Counted from the stretch's first letter, positions 34,401 through 42,006 are shown. The stretch: 64,000 nucleotides of DNA from Elusimicrobia bacterium GWA2_51_34 (GCA_001799565.1 MGTS01000020.1:1104-65103), one strand, 5' to 3'. A program made the numbers and translations. The notes: a model not told the origin generated them from the sequence alone.

Positions 34401-35333
34401 CAAGGCAAACCCAAATGGGCCGCCTTCCCCTCAGGCAATAGTGTCAGCGCTTTGCGTGCGGCAGCCGAGAAAGAATGGAACAAGCTGCAGTCTTGTCTGG
34501 CCGCGGCCGAGCCATTGCATAACACAACGAATGCCGCCACGGAAAATACCCGCAAGGAAGCGCTGACGGCCCTGGAAACATTAAGGACGAAGGCTGAAGC
34601 CGCTGAACTGGCGCTGAAAAAATTGAATGATGCCTTTGAGGCTGCCGGTAAAATATCCGATAAATGCTGGGAGCGCGCCGAAGGCTGCCGCACGCTCAGC
34701 AACTTCTATATGCACAAGAACTGGAAGGTGCGTAAGCAGAAGCTTACCGCCGGATCAGCCTACGCCGAAGCCGACGGCGCTGAAGGGCAGGCTTGGGACT
34801 GGGCCTACGCGAACCGCCCCGGTGTTTATTCAAGCTGGGGACAGGATGACAGAGAGAGTGTCTGCAGGGATGCGTGGGCCAGTGTGCCCTGGTGGAGGTA
34901 TGCGCTTAACTTCCGCCTCAGCGCTGCTGTTGAGGATTGCAAGGCTAAATGGTTTATCCCCGTGTTCGGGATACAGCATCGTTCTGAACCGGTGGAAAGC
35001 AGAGGCGTCTTTACGTCATTTACGCTTGCAAGGACAGTGAACGGTAAGACCAGTAAGACATATGAAGGCGAGGCCCAGAAGAGTGAGTTCACCGGTAAGC
35101 TTAAAGTCCTTTGCGGCAGGTCCGACGGGGCCTGGAGGACCACGTCTGTTTCTTTCCTGGTGCACAAGCCTATTACTCAAACCTACCCCGAAGGAATCAG
35201 CATCAGCGCGGGGCAATCGTTCTTCAAAATGGGCTCTGCTGTGACCAATGGTGCGGGCACTACCGTGCATTTCGGAGAGTGGCAGGCGCTGACCAGAATG
35301 CACGGCGTGAACTGCGGAGGCGACGCGGATTAA
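31476..35333 (+). CDS. Cluster protein P6: 1285-aa N-terminally anchored giant protein, unknown family
   Basis: The ATG at 31476 follows GAGGGAGGG. It begins 'MKLNDNEEKKDGLPP', has the TM 'MAFVGIGLGVLVMAPVAEYMM' and a G/S/A-rich stretch. Cys clusters follow ('QFCWQPAVCDDGDCREA', 'KRCICGEG'), then a long Ala/Lys/Glu helical region and 'PENPANPVNPSNPVNPDPN'. The C-terminal domain is Trp/Cys-containing. A strong terminator follows at 35357-35391. Confidence 0.75.
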   Translation: MKLNDNEEKKDGLPPILSSSFKKTVSFGRTSGFLKSTGNIMKRLKNLSKKDMAFVGIGLGVLVMAPVAEYMMSGPPADNLLAPGFGGREQGSASGIFEPGINGLSQGSADGSGEVITPLSARDPLSLILGSQSSAPPMPAAAAPRVDLRDAMKDAGRSAFSAAAKSAGAPTPIPKMQGALRSVGSFFSGGESSRSADNLSGDKILQDARNASGKSAARSMLGPVAAAGYKGVASALNSSSKDAFEKLRAKAGRSAGNFSGESAISSLDKAAADALNAGQGTGGAGAGGSGEKTKDPSNSTNKNEHSWNKGEKSLSELAAEARQKAALDWEFYKKYEIPKQIITALMENVVTGGLIKPLGDMVNGTVNSMLGNYPPTQFCWQPAVCDDGDCREAVTENNVTAPVDLCVKFGAIGFKMEKAGKESTGNFQVKRCICGEGNAPTNGAPYIPGGTTPEDSPDATPGNAQPQVPDAFGKVFADYDTVLQDMVNQTVAAESNASDPAMVEASAKSVAGGFKNINIKVNDVVFPLLNSAKTKAGADLDGYSGRVGETQAKFTATQVKYQAFIPQVAALEKDLAEKKLKMKVHDGMEVIADEGTLTRVRAAIDLWKGQGPVYLNNADGLLASHRKKMTDYASQLSLVEGGIDSIRKKQSAANDAAESIISGEDGWPLKLKKMTGRGQDAVSADKGTEAVPPVKQVATGLRALDWDTLWAAEHKFDSSRVAAEEKQAWGDWQKKITVSLGQPDNFVSNLLRSGEIQQAIVGALPDFSNVEGMLSDTETSMGKTKRTVTGSGVDSCYFADGGCGAVPENPANPVNPSNPVNPDPNTGGGAQAGLTSSANALYSTYSGKLSAAQSAYANLPPKNMIDPKSQAEYGPLLAQAGKNMDELRVAVKELEGIKAALATPNLPPAKVAELKAKLAAAQPKLEKASTAVDAGVKAAADFARLHPLSPAGGLTLQGIKSEGTKAFNKIITAYGQGKPKWAAFPSGNSVSALRAAAEKEWNKLQSCLAAAEPLHNTTNAATENTRKEALTALETLRTKAEAAELALKKLNDAFEAAGKISDKCWERAEGCRTLSNFYMHKNWKVRKQKLTAGSAYAEADGAEGQAWDWAYANRPGVYSSWGQDDRESVCRDAWASVPWWRYALNFRLSAAVEDCKAKWFIPVFGIQHRSEPVESRGVFTSFTLARTVNGKTSKTYEGEAQKSEFTGKLKVLCGRSDGAWRTTSVSFLVHKPITQTYPEGISISAGQSFFKMGSAVTNGAGTTVHFGEWQALTRMHGVNCGGDAD

Positions 35334-35356
35334 TCAATCGGTATTTTAAGCGGTTT

Positions 35357-35391
35357 AAAACCCCGTCCGCCTTAGGCGGACGGGGTTTTTT
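35357..35391 (+). terminator. Rho-independent terminator after the giant gene P6
   Basis: AAAACCCCGTCCGCC-TTA-GGCGGACGGGGTTTTTT forms an 11-bp GC-rich stem (15 bp with the A/T extension) followed by T6. Confidence 0.85.
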
Positions 35392-35516
35392 GTGTTATTG
35401 CCGGGGCCGGAAAATCGTATAATGTAAATGAGATTGGATAAACAGCCACAAGACACAAGCGGGAGTTCCTGCGGCTGAATGTCGTTTCGCAAAGCACATG
35501 CGCGTAGGGGAGAAAA

Positions 35517-36368
35517 ATGAAAAAAATAATATTAGCGGCGGTTGCATGTACGGTTTTAGGTCTTAACGCGGCGGCCTATTTCAGCGGGGGGGCTAGTTCT
35601 GTTTCCGGCCCCGATGGTTATCACGGAACGAACCTTAATCTGGTTATAGGCTCCGGCAACCTGGCCATAGAGCCCTCGCTGGCCGCCTATACCTGGGACA
35701 CGCTGGACGATACATTTCACACATATACGCTTCGCGGAGCCTGGGAAGCGGAAAAGTACACCGTGGCCGGACTGGTCGGTTCCACCCCTGAAGTCAACGG
35801 CTATTCCAATAAGTTTTTCGGCGGCGATATAACTGTTTCTCTTACTCCCGGAGAAGGCGGGAAGTCCCGTCTTACCGGCCCCGGTTCGCGCGGCGGCGCG
35901 CGCGGTGGACAGGGCGTAACCCGCATTGATGTTGGCGCTGGCCTTAAGCAAACCATGCATACTCAGGCCGTTGGGACAACCGATAATGAAACCTCCCAGA
36001 CCGAAGGCTCGCTGTTTGCCGGGGCTAAAATACTGATGGTGAACCTTTCCGCCTCTTATACCGGTTATAAGTATGGCGACGAAGACGCGGCTCCGCTGGG
36101 TTTTGTTCCCGGTCTTAGCTTCGCCTTCGGGGCTTTTCCCAAGTCCAGTGTCAACGTGAAATTGGACCTGCCCGGTTTCCCCATGGTGACTCCGTTCGTT
36201 TCATACACCGGCACCAAGTATAAGGGAGGCCGTGACGACAGTTCCGCTTACCTGTTCGGCGCTTACCTTGACTTGAGTATGGTAACGGCAAATGTCGGCT
36301 ACCAGATGTTTGACAACGGTTCCACTAAGGACAATTACCTGTCGGTCGGAGCGGGAATAAAGTTCTAG
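35517..36368 (+). CDS. Putative outer-membrane beta-barrel protein (P7)
   Basis: It has the signal peptide 'MKKIILAAVACTVLGLNAAA', alternating-hydrophobicity strands rich in Gly/Tyr/Thr, and the C-terminal 'YLSVGAGIKF' (terminal Phe, an OMP beta-signal). Confidence 0.6.
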   Translation: MKKIILAAVACTVLGLNAAAYFSGGASSVSGPDGYHGTNLNLVIGSGNLAIEPSLAAYTWDTLDDTFHTYTLRGAWEAEKYTVAGLVGSTPEVNGYSNKFFGGDITVSLTPGEGGKSRLTGPGSRGGARGGQGVTRIDVGAGLKQTMHTQAVGTTDNETSQTEGSLFAGAKILMVNLSASYTGYKYGDEDAAPLGFVPGLSFAFGAFPKSSVNVKLDLPGFPMVTPFVSYTGTKYKGGRDDSSAYLFGAYLDLSMVTANVGYQMFDNGSTKDNYLSVGAGIKF

Positions 36369-36371
36369 AAA

Positions 36372-36454
36372 GCCAGCTAGTAGGCTATAGGCTAGTATGC
36401 GAGTAGGCTTTATGAAGGAATTTCTGAAGCTTACCAGCCTACCAGCCTACTAGC
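36372..36454. repeat. Periodic-arm inverted repeat, GGTAGGC/AGTATGC type (upstream of dnaX)
   Basis: GCCAGCTAGTAGGCTATAGGCTAGTATGCGAGTAGGC ... GCTTACCAGCCTACCAGCCTACTAGC. The loop contains GGAATTTCTGA (36417-36427). Confidence 0.9.
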
Positions 36455-36478
36455 GGTAGTTAAGATGTTTCAAAAGAT

Positions 36479-38362
36479 ATGCCTTACGAAAATCTTGCTT
36501 CCAAATACCGGCCCAAAAATCTTAATGAGGTTCTGGGTCAGGAAACTGTAAAGCGTACCCTGACCAATGCCGTTAAACTTGGCCGCATAGCCCCCTCTTA
36601 TGTTTTTTACGGGCCGCGTGGAACCGGCAAAACCACTATCGCCCGCATACTTGCCAAAACTTTAAACTGCCATAACCCGGCGGGCGCCGTGCCCTGCGAC
36701 AAGTGTGCCTCCTGCTTAGAAATAGCCGGGAGCAAATCCCTTGATGTGATAGAAATAGACGCCGCTTCCAATACGCAGGTGGATAAAGTGCGCAATGTGA
36801 TAATTGAGAATGTGGCTTTCGCTCCTTCCCGTGATAAATATAAGGTTTACATTCTGGACGAAGTGCACATGCTTACCACCCAGGCCTTCAACGCGCTTTT
36901 AAAGACTGTGGAAGAGCCGCCGGCTCATGTGGTATTTATAATGGCCACCACTGAACAGCATAAGGTGCCTGTTACCATACTTTCTCGTTCGCAGTGCTTC
37001 CGTTTCAGGCCGCTTTCGGAAGAAATAATGTTTGAGAGGCTGAAGGCAGTGGCTGAAAAGGAAAAAATAAAATCCGAGCCGGAAGCTCTTGCAATGATCG
37101 CCAGAGCCTCCTGCGGCTCTATGCGCGATGCTATGACGCTTCTTGACCGGGCAATTTCCTTCGGCAGGGGCGAGGTAAAGACGGAGGTTTTAAACGAACT
37201 TCTGGGCCATGCCGGTGAGGATATTATAAACTCACTCGCGCTCGCGCTCGTCAACAGGGACAGCGCCGCCCTTCACGCCGCTTTTGACAAGCTCAACTCC
37301 GAGGGCTACGACACTCTTACGGCGCTTCGCGACCTTCGCGATCTTTTAGCCGGAACTTTTTTTTATCTCCAGAAATTTTCCAGCGCTTCCACCGCTTTGG
37401 CCCGAGCCCTGCCGAAAGATCTGTCGGCTTCGGCACTCGCCAAGTTGTCTAGAAAAGTTAATTTAGCCGTTGAGGAAGTGAAATTTTCCGATTCTCTGGC
37501 CATAGCGGCGGAGATGGCGCTATTTACCCTTGTGGACACGCCGCAGGACATTGACGCTTTGGTCAGGCGGCTTGAGGGACTTGAACTGCGTCTCGCCCCA
37601 CCACCCGCTTCGGGACCGGCAGTGCCCGCCTCCGCCAAACAACTCGGCGGATCCGCCTCAGTCGGAAAAGTCGGGCAAGCAGGTGGTGGGGTCGGCGGAC
37701 AGGGCCGGCCTCCGGTCATAGAGCCTTGCGCCGCGCTTCCTCCCGTGCAAAAAAAAAATGATATTTTAGAGACACAGCCGGGAAAATCAGGGCCAGACGC
37801 CGGTGGTCAGAGGTTACAGGAAGAAGATTCAGGTATTTCTCTGCCTGTCACCTGCCACCTGCCGCCTGTCACCTCTGGTGCGGTCGCGCAAACCCCTCCT
37901 TCCGCTCTCTGGAAAAAACTGCTTGTACACATAGCGTCTAAAAAGCCGATGGTCTACAATATGCTGCTTTCCGTAAAAATTACTTTTGACAGTGAGACGA
38001 AGTGGCGCCTTAGTTTGCCGAATAAATTTGAAGCGGGTATGATAGAGAAGGCCCGGCCTGAGCTTGAGGAGGCTATGCAAAACCTCTCCGGCAGAAAAAT
38101 AGAGTTTGTTATAGAACATCCGGTTGCCGTTAAATCAGCCGTTCCTGTGCTTGAAGATTTATCCGCTCCACAGGTTTCTTCGGATGTTGAGCCGGAGGCA
38201 GAAGTACTAACCGGTCCCCAGGAGCCGGAAGGCCGCTGGGAAGACCTGCCGGAAGCCGGCGTTTCAGATATTGAACCTGAACTTAAAAAACTTTCAAAAG
38301 TGTTTCACGGCAGCAAGATAACAAAAGTAAGTAAAAAAACCGTGCAAGGGAAAAGCGAATAG
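36479..38362 (+). CDS. dnaX: DNA polymerase III subunit tau (gamma possibly produced from the A10 site)
   Basis: It contains 'YRPKNLNEVLGQE', the Walker A 'GPRGTGKTT', the Zn module 'CHNPAGAVPCDKCASC' and 'YILDEVHMLT'. The ORF is 627 aa. Confidence 0.92.
   Translation: MPYENLASKYRPKNLNEVLGQETVKRTLTNAVKLGRIAPSYVFYGPRGTGKTTIARILAKTLNCHNPAGAVPCDKCASCLEIAGSKSLDVIEIDAASNTQVDKVRNVIIENVAFAPSRDKYKVYILDEVHMLTTQAFNALLKTVEEPPAHVVFIMATTEQHKVPVTILSRSQCFRFRPLSEEIMFERLKAVAEKEKIKSEPEALAMIARASCGSMRDAMTLLDRAISFGRGEVKTEVLNELLGHAGEDIINSLALALVNRDSAALHAAFDKLNSEGYDTLTALRDLRDLLAGTFFYLQKFSSASTALARALPKDLSASALAKLSRKVNLAVEEVKFSDSLAIAAEMALFTLVDTPQDIDALVRRLEGLELRLAPPPASGPAVPASAKQLGGSASVGKVGQAGGGVGGQGRPPVIEPCAALPPVQKKNDILETQPGKSGPDAGGQRLQEEDSGISLPVTCHLPPVTSGAVAQTPPSALWKKLLVHIASKKPMVYNMLLSVKITFDSETKWRLSLPNKFEAGMIEKARPELEEAMQNLSGRKIEFVIEHPVAVKSAVPVLEDLSAPQVSSDVEPEAEVLTGPQEPEGRWEDLPEAGVSDIEPELKKLSKVFHGSKITKVSKKTVQGKSE
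37596..37691 (+). repeat. In-frame palindromic element, family 2 (96 nt), inside dnaX
   Basis: CCCCACCACCCGCTTCGGGACC...GTCGGGCAAGCAGGTGGTGGGG has the same termini as 8348-8407 with a longer interior. It translates to 'PPPASGPAVPASAKQLGGSASVGKVGQAGGGV'. Confidence 0.9.
37749..37758 (+). promoter_or_regulatory. A10 slippery run inside dnaX (candidate tau/gamma recoding site)
   Basis: The sequence is gtg caa aaa aaa aat gat at codons 423-427. The -1 frame reads AAA TGA (stop). The +1 frame reads ATG ATA TTT TAG (stop). Confidence 0.5.
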
Positions 38363-38420
38363 CGAATAGTGGCGGAAACTCTGATTGTGTTGGTTTTCCT
38401 GTGCTATTTCGCTATTCGCT
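38354..38420. repeat. CGAATAG-type hairpin spanning the dnaX stop to just before the recR start
   Basis: AGCGAATAGCGAATAGTG pairs with TGCTATTTCGCTATTCGCT (13 perfect bp plus more). The loop contains GGAAACTCTGA (38374-38384). Confidence 0.9.
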
Positions 38421-38427
38421 AACTCAT

Positions 38428-39021
38428 ATGAAATCCCTGGACAAGCTTATCTCCCTTTTTCGCCGCTTTCCGGGCGTTGGCCCCAAGCAGGCGGAACGCT
38501 TCGCTATTTACACAGTAAAGGCTGCCGAGGGGGAAGTTGAGGATTTGGTGGAGGCTTTGCGCGCGGTTAAAAGCCTGGTAAAATATTGCGCTGAATGCTG
38601 GAATTATTCCGAAGGCGGGCGCTGCTCTGTTTGCTCCGACACGGCCAGGGACCGCTCTATTATTTGTGTGGTTGAACATCCGCAGGATGTTGCCGCCATA
38701 GAAAAAACAAAGACTTTCGCTGGGGTGTATCATGTCCTGCACGGCGCCATTTCACCTACGGAGGGAATAACTCCCGGCGCGATAAAACTGAAAGAACTCT
38801 CCGACAGGGTAAAAGCCTCAAACGGAATATTAAAAGAACTGATCATCGCCACCAACCCCGACGCGGAAGGGGAGGCAATGGCCATTTATCTTACCCGGCT
38901 TCTAAGCAAGTATGTGCCTAAAATTACCCGTATAGCTTACGGCGTGCCCCTTGGGGGGGATATAGATTATCTGGATGAAATAACGCTCGGCTATGCCCTT
39001 AAGGGCCGAGTGAAAATATAA
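38428..39021 (+). CDS. recR: Recombination protein RecR
   Basis: It contains 'LISLFRRFPGVGPKQAERFA' (HhH), the Zn finger 'CAECWNYSEGGRCSVCSD' and Toprim 'ICVVEHPQDV'. The ATG at 38428 was preferred because the track start at 38401 lies inside a repeat arm. Confidence 0.9.
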   Translation: MKSLDKLISLFRRFPGVGPKQAERFAIYTVKAAEGEVEDLVEALRAVKSLVKYCAECWNYSEGGRCSVCSDTARDRSIICVVEHPQDVAAIEKTKTFAGVYHVLHGAISPTEGITPGAIKLKELSDRVKASNGILKELIIATNPDAEGEAMAIYLTRLLSKYVPKITRIAYGVPLGGDIDYLDEITLGYALKGRVKI

Positions 39022-39022
39022 C

Positions 39023-39157
39023 AAGTGATTAAGTGATGAGTGATTTAGTGATTAAGTCGGTGATGATTCATTTTTTGTTTACAGCCTTGTCTCAGCCCTG
39101 AAGGCATCCGGCTTGTTTTATCCGGTTTCAATTAACTCAATCACTTAATCACTGACT
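39023..39157. repeat. AGTGATT-type periodic-arm inverted repeat (recR-comEC spacer)
   Basis: AAGTGATTAAGTGATGAGTGATTTAGTGATTAAGTCGG ... AATTAACTCAATCACTTAATCACTGACTC, with a 61-nt loop. Confidence 0.9.
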
Positions 39158-39158
39158 C

Positions 39159-41144
39159 ATGCTTTTTTCCTATTACAAAAGGCCGCTTTTCATTTTAACC
39201 GTCCTCTACGCCCTGATCATTATCGCTTTTCGCCCCTGGTTCGAGCGCCGGGCCTCCGGAGACGCTTTGACGCTGCCCCTTTACGGGGCGGAAGTGGAAG
39301 GCGTAATAAAAGAATATCCAATAAAATATTACGGCCTTTGGCGCCTGGAACTGGAAACAGCAAGCGTAGACAGCCGTCCGCTAAAAGCCGGAGTTATGGC
39401 GTATACCGGCGATTTGGGCGGAGCTTCCCTGGGCGACACGGTAATTTTTAACGGCGACTTAAAAAAACCATTCAGTAATGTGGTGCCGGGTAATCTGGAT
39501 TGGCCGCGCTATCTGGCGGCGCGCGGCATAAACGCGGAAGCCCGTGCGCCGTGCCTGAGCGTAAAACGCAAGGCATTTTTACCGCTTCGTGGAGCGGCCG
39601 CCTTCAGGCGGACGGCGTTGTCCGTTTTTGACACAAAGCTCAGCTCTGAGGCCGCTTCGGTGGCCGGCGGGGTAGTTATCGGTGAAAAAAAGAATATTTC
39701 TCCTGAGCTTAAAACCGCTTTTCAGGATTCGGGGTCAATGCACCTGCTTGTGGCTTCCGGCTCAAATGTCGGTTTTGTTGTGATTGTCACTTATTTTATT
39801 TGCGCCAGCCTCGGGATGAAGAAAAAATATTCCTGGCCGCTGGCGCTTGTGGCCGCCGGTTTTTATGTGACCGCCGCGGGTTTTGACCCGCCGCTTACCA
39901 GGGCATATTTTATGTTCGGTTCGGGCCTTGCGGCTTTGCTTATTGAGCGCCGTCCGGGTGTTTTCCAGGGCCTCATAATCGCCTGCCTGCTCATTCTGGC
40001 TTTTGAGCCTTTGGCCCTGTTTGACGCCGGATTCCAAATGTCTTTCGCGGCCGCTTACGGTTTGAGCATGGGGATGACGCTTTGGGGGGAGCGCCTGCGT
40101 TTCAAGGGTCTTGCAGGTATTTTAACCGGACTGTTTGCCGTAAGTTTTTTCGCGCAGGCGGGGCTATATCCGCTGATGGCTTTCTATTTTCATAAAATAT
40201 CGCTTATGGCGCTGGTTTCAAACATACTGCTTGTGCCGGCATCGGGCGTTATAATGGGTCTTGGTTTTTTGCTGGTTTTTTCTTCAAAAATATCTGTTTT
40301 GTACGGTTTTTTTTCTTTTTTCACTCAACGGGCGCTGGATTTGTTTATACTGGTTGTCAGGTTTTTCGCGGGTTTCAGCTTTTCAGCCGTACGCGTAAGC
40401 GAGCCTTCAGCCTGGTCCGCGGCCGCGTTCTTCGTGCTGGTTTTTATTTTTCTGCACGCTCCGCTTTTTAATTTCAAAAAAAAGCCTGTTTGGGCGATGT
40501 TTGCCTTGGCACTGCTTCTGTTCGGTTGCGGTAAATTTTTCCCCCCGCGTTCAGGCGCGTCCTTGTTTTCAGACGGAAAAAGCGCGGGCTTTCTTCTTAG
40601 AGCCGGTAATGGCGGGCTTTTTCTGGTTGGCGCGGGCTTAAACGGAGCCAAGCTTTCCAACGCCGTTCTGGCCGCCGGAGCGCGGGAGTTAAAGGCTATT
40701 CTTCTGCCGTCGCTTGACGAAAAAGATTCAAGCGGGCTTCATGAGCTTTCAGGTCTGGTCAGGGTGCGGCGTTTATTATTGCCCTACGGCCCTCTGCCGG
40801 ACGGTCTTAACTGCGAAGTCAAAAAACTCTCCCGGGAAGGAACTGATATTATAAGGTTTTGGCCCGGAGACGGCGTGGTTCTTGACGGGGTAAAAGTTTC
40901 AGCGCAGTGGCCCTGCTACGCGCGCGGAGGCAAAAAGACGGACGGCGCGCCGGGCTATACCGGACGCATAGAGGAAAGCCGTATGTCTTTTGTTTTTAAT
41001 TTACGCGGTATTCAAGCTGAAGTTTGCGCGGGAGGAGGACAGGTCTTTCTGAAAAACCCCGCTTTTGAGGCCGGAGGGCGGTTTCTGGAGGCGCAGCGCG
41101 GCGCTTCTATTGAAATACCTTTTGTTGTGAAACGGTTCTTTTAA
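39159..41144 (+). CDS. comEC: ComEC/Rec2 family DNA internalisation channel protein
   Basis: A 661-aa polytopic ORF with the competence-domain signature 'DSGSMHLLVASGSNVGFV'. The C-terminal region is only weakly lactamase-like. Confidence 0.75.
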   Translation: MLFSYYKRPLFILTVLYALIIIAFRPWFERRASGDALTLPLYGAEVEGVIKEYPIKYYGLWRLELETASVDSRPLKAGVMAYTGDLGGASLGDTVIFNGDLKKPFSNVVPGNLDWPRYLAARGINAEARAPCLSVKRKAFLPLRGAAAFRRTALSVFDTKLSSEAASVAGGVVIGEKKNISPELKTAFQDSGSMHLLVASGSNVGFVVIVTYFICASLGMKKKYSWPLALVAAGFYVTAAGFDPPLTRAYFMFGSGLAALLIERRPGVFQGLIIACLLILAFEPLALFDAGFQMSFAAAYGLSMGMTLWGERLRFKGLAGILTGLFAVSFFAQAGLYPLMAFYFHKISLMALVSNILLVPASGVIMGLGFLLVFSSKISVLYGFFSFFTQRALDLFILVVRFFAGFSFSAVRVSEPSAWSAAAFFVLVFIFLHAPLFNFKKKPVWAMFALALLLFGCGKFFPPRSGASLFSDGKSAGFLLRAGNGGLFLVGAGLNGAKLSNAVLAAGARELKAILLPSLDEKDSSGLHELSGLVRVRRLLLPYGPLPDGLNCEVKKLSREGTDIIRFWPGDGVVLDGVKVSAQWPCYARGGKKTDGAPGYTGRIEESRMSFVFNLRGIQAEVCAGGGQVFLKNPAFEAGGRFLEAQRGASIEIPFVVKRFF

Positions 41145-41163
41145 AAGTTGTATTATATCGTTT

Positions 41164-42006
41164 ATGAAACAGATAAAAAGTGTTGCGCTTTTTTACAACT
41201 CCAAGAGGAAAAAAGCCATTACTTTCGCGGCCGGTATTGAAAAGAGGCTGTCCGCCGCGGGCGTGCCGGTTTATAAAATTTGCGTTAATGATGTTTTTTA
41301 TGAGTTAAAGGCCGTGGATGCCGCCATAGCAGTAGGAGGCGACGGCACCGTTCTTTACGCCGCCCGCCACCTTATAAAGCGACCTGTGCCCACGCTTGGC
41401 ATAAACGCCGGGGGGCTCGGGTTTTTAAGCGGCATGGAAAACACGGAATTCCTTTTAAGGATCAGGGAATTTATGGCGGGGAGATTTAAGAAAATAAAGC
41501 GCAGCCTGCTTTCGGCTGAGGTGATGCGCGGATCCAAAAAAGTGTTCGGCCCTTTTCCCGCCTTAAATGACTGCGTGATAAGAAGCACGGAAGCACGGGC
41601 TTTCAATCTTAATGTGTCGTACGGCAGTCAGTTCCTCTCAAATTACTTTGGAGACGGGCTGATAGTGTGCACCCCGACAGGCTCCACCGCGTACAATCTT
41701 GCTGCTTTGGGGCCGATAGCCATGCCGGAACTTGAAGTGGCGCTGCTTTCCCCTATATGTCCGCATACCCTTACACACCGCCCTCTGGTGCTCTCGGCCC
41801 GGGAAGATATAAAAATAAAAGTGCTTTCAGCCCGGCACAGGCCTCATAAGGTTATTTTATCCATTGACGGCCAGGAAAATTTTGAGCTGAAAGGCCATGA
41901 CGAAATAATTATAAAAAAGCATCCCAGTATATTTGAAATGCTGGTTCCGGAAAACTTTTCTTACTTTGATGTTTTAAGAAAAAAGCTCAGGTGGGGGAAG
42001 AGATAG
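41164..42006 (+). CDS. nadK: NAD kinase
   Basis: 'AVGGDGTVLYAAR', 'NDCVI' and 'GDGLIVCTPTGSTAYNLAALGPI' are NAD kinase motifs. Confidence 0.9.
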   Translation: MKQIKSVALFYNSKRKKAITFAAGIEKRLSAAGVPVYKICVNDVFYELKAVDAAIAVGGDGTVLYAARHLIKRPVPTLGINAGGLGFLSGMENTEFLLRIREFMAGRFKKIKRSLLSAEVMRGSKKVFGPFPALNDCVIRSTEARAFNLNVSYGSQFLSNYFGDGLIVCTPTGSTAYNLAALGPIAMPELEVALLSPICPHTLTHRPLVLSAREDIKIKVLSARHRPHKVILSIDGQENFELKGHDEIIIKKHPSIFEMLVPENFSYFDVLRKKLRWGKR

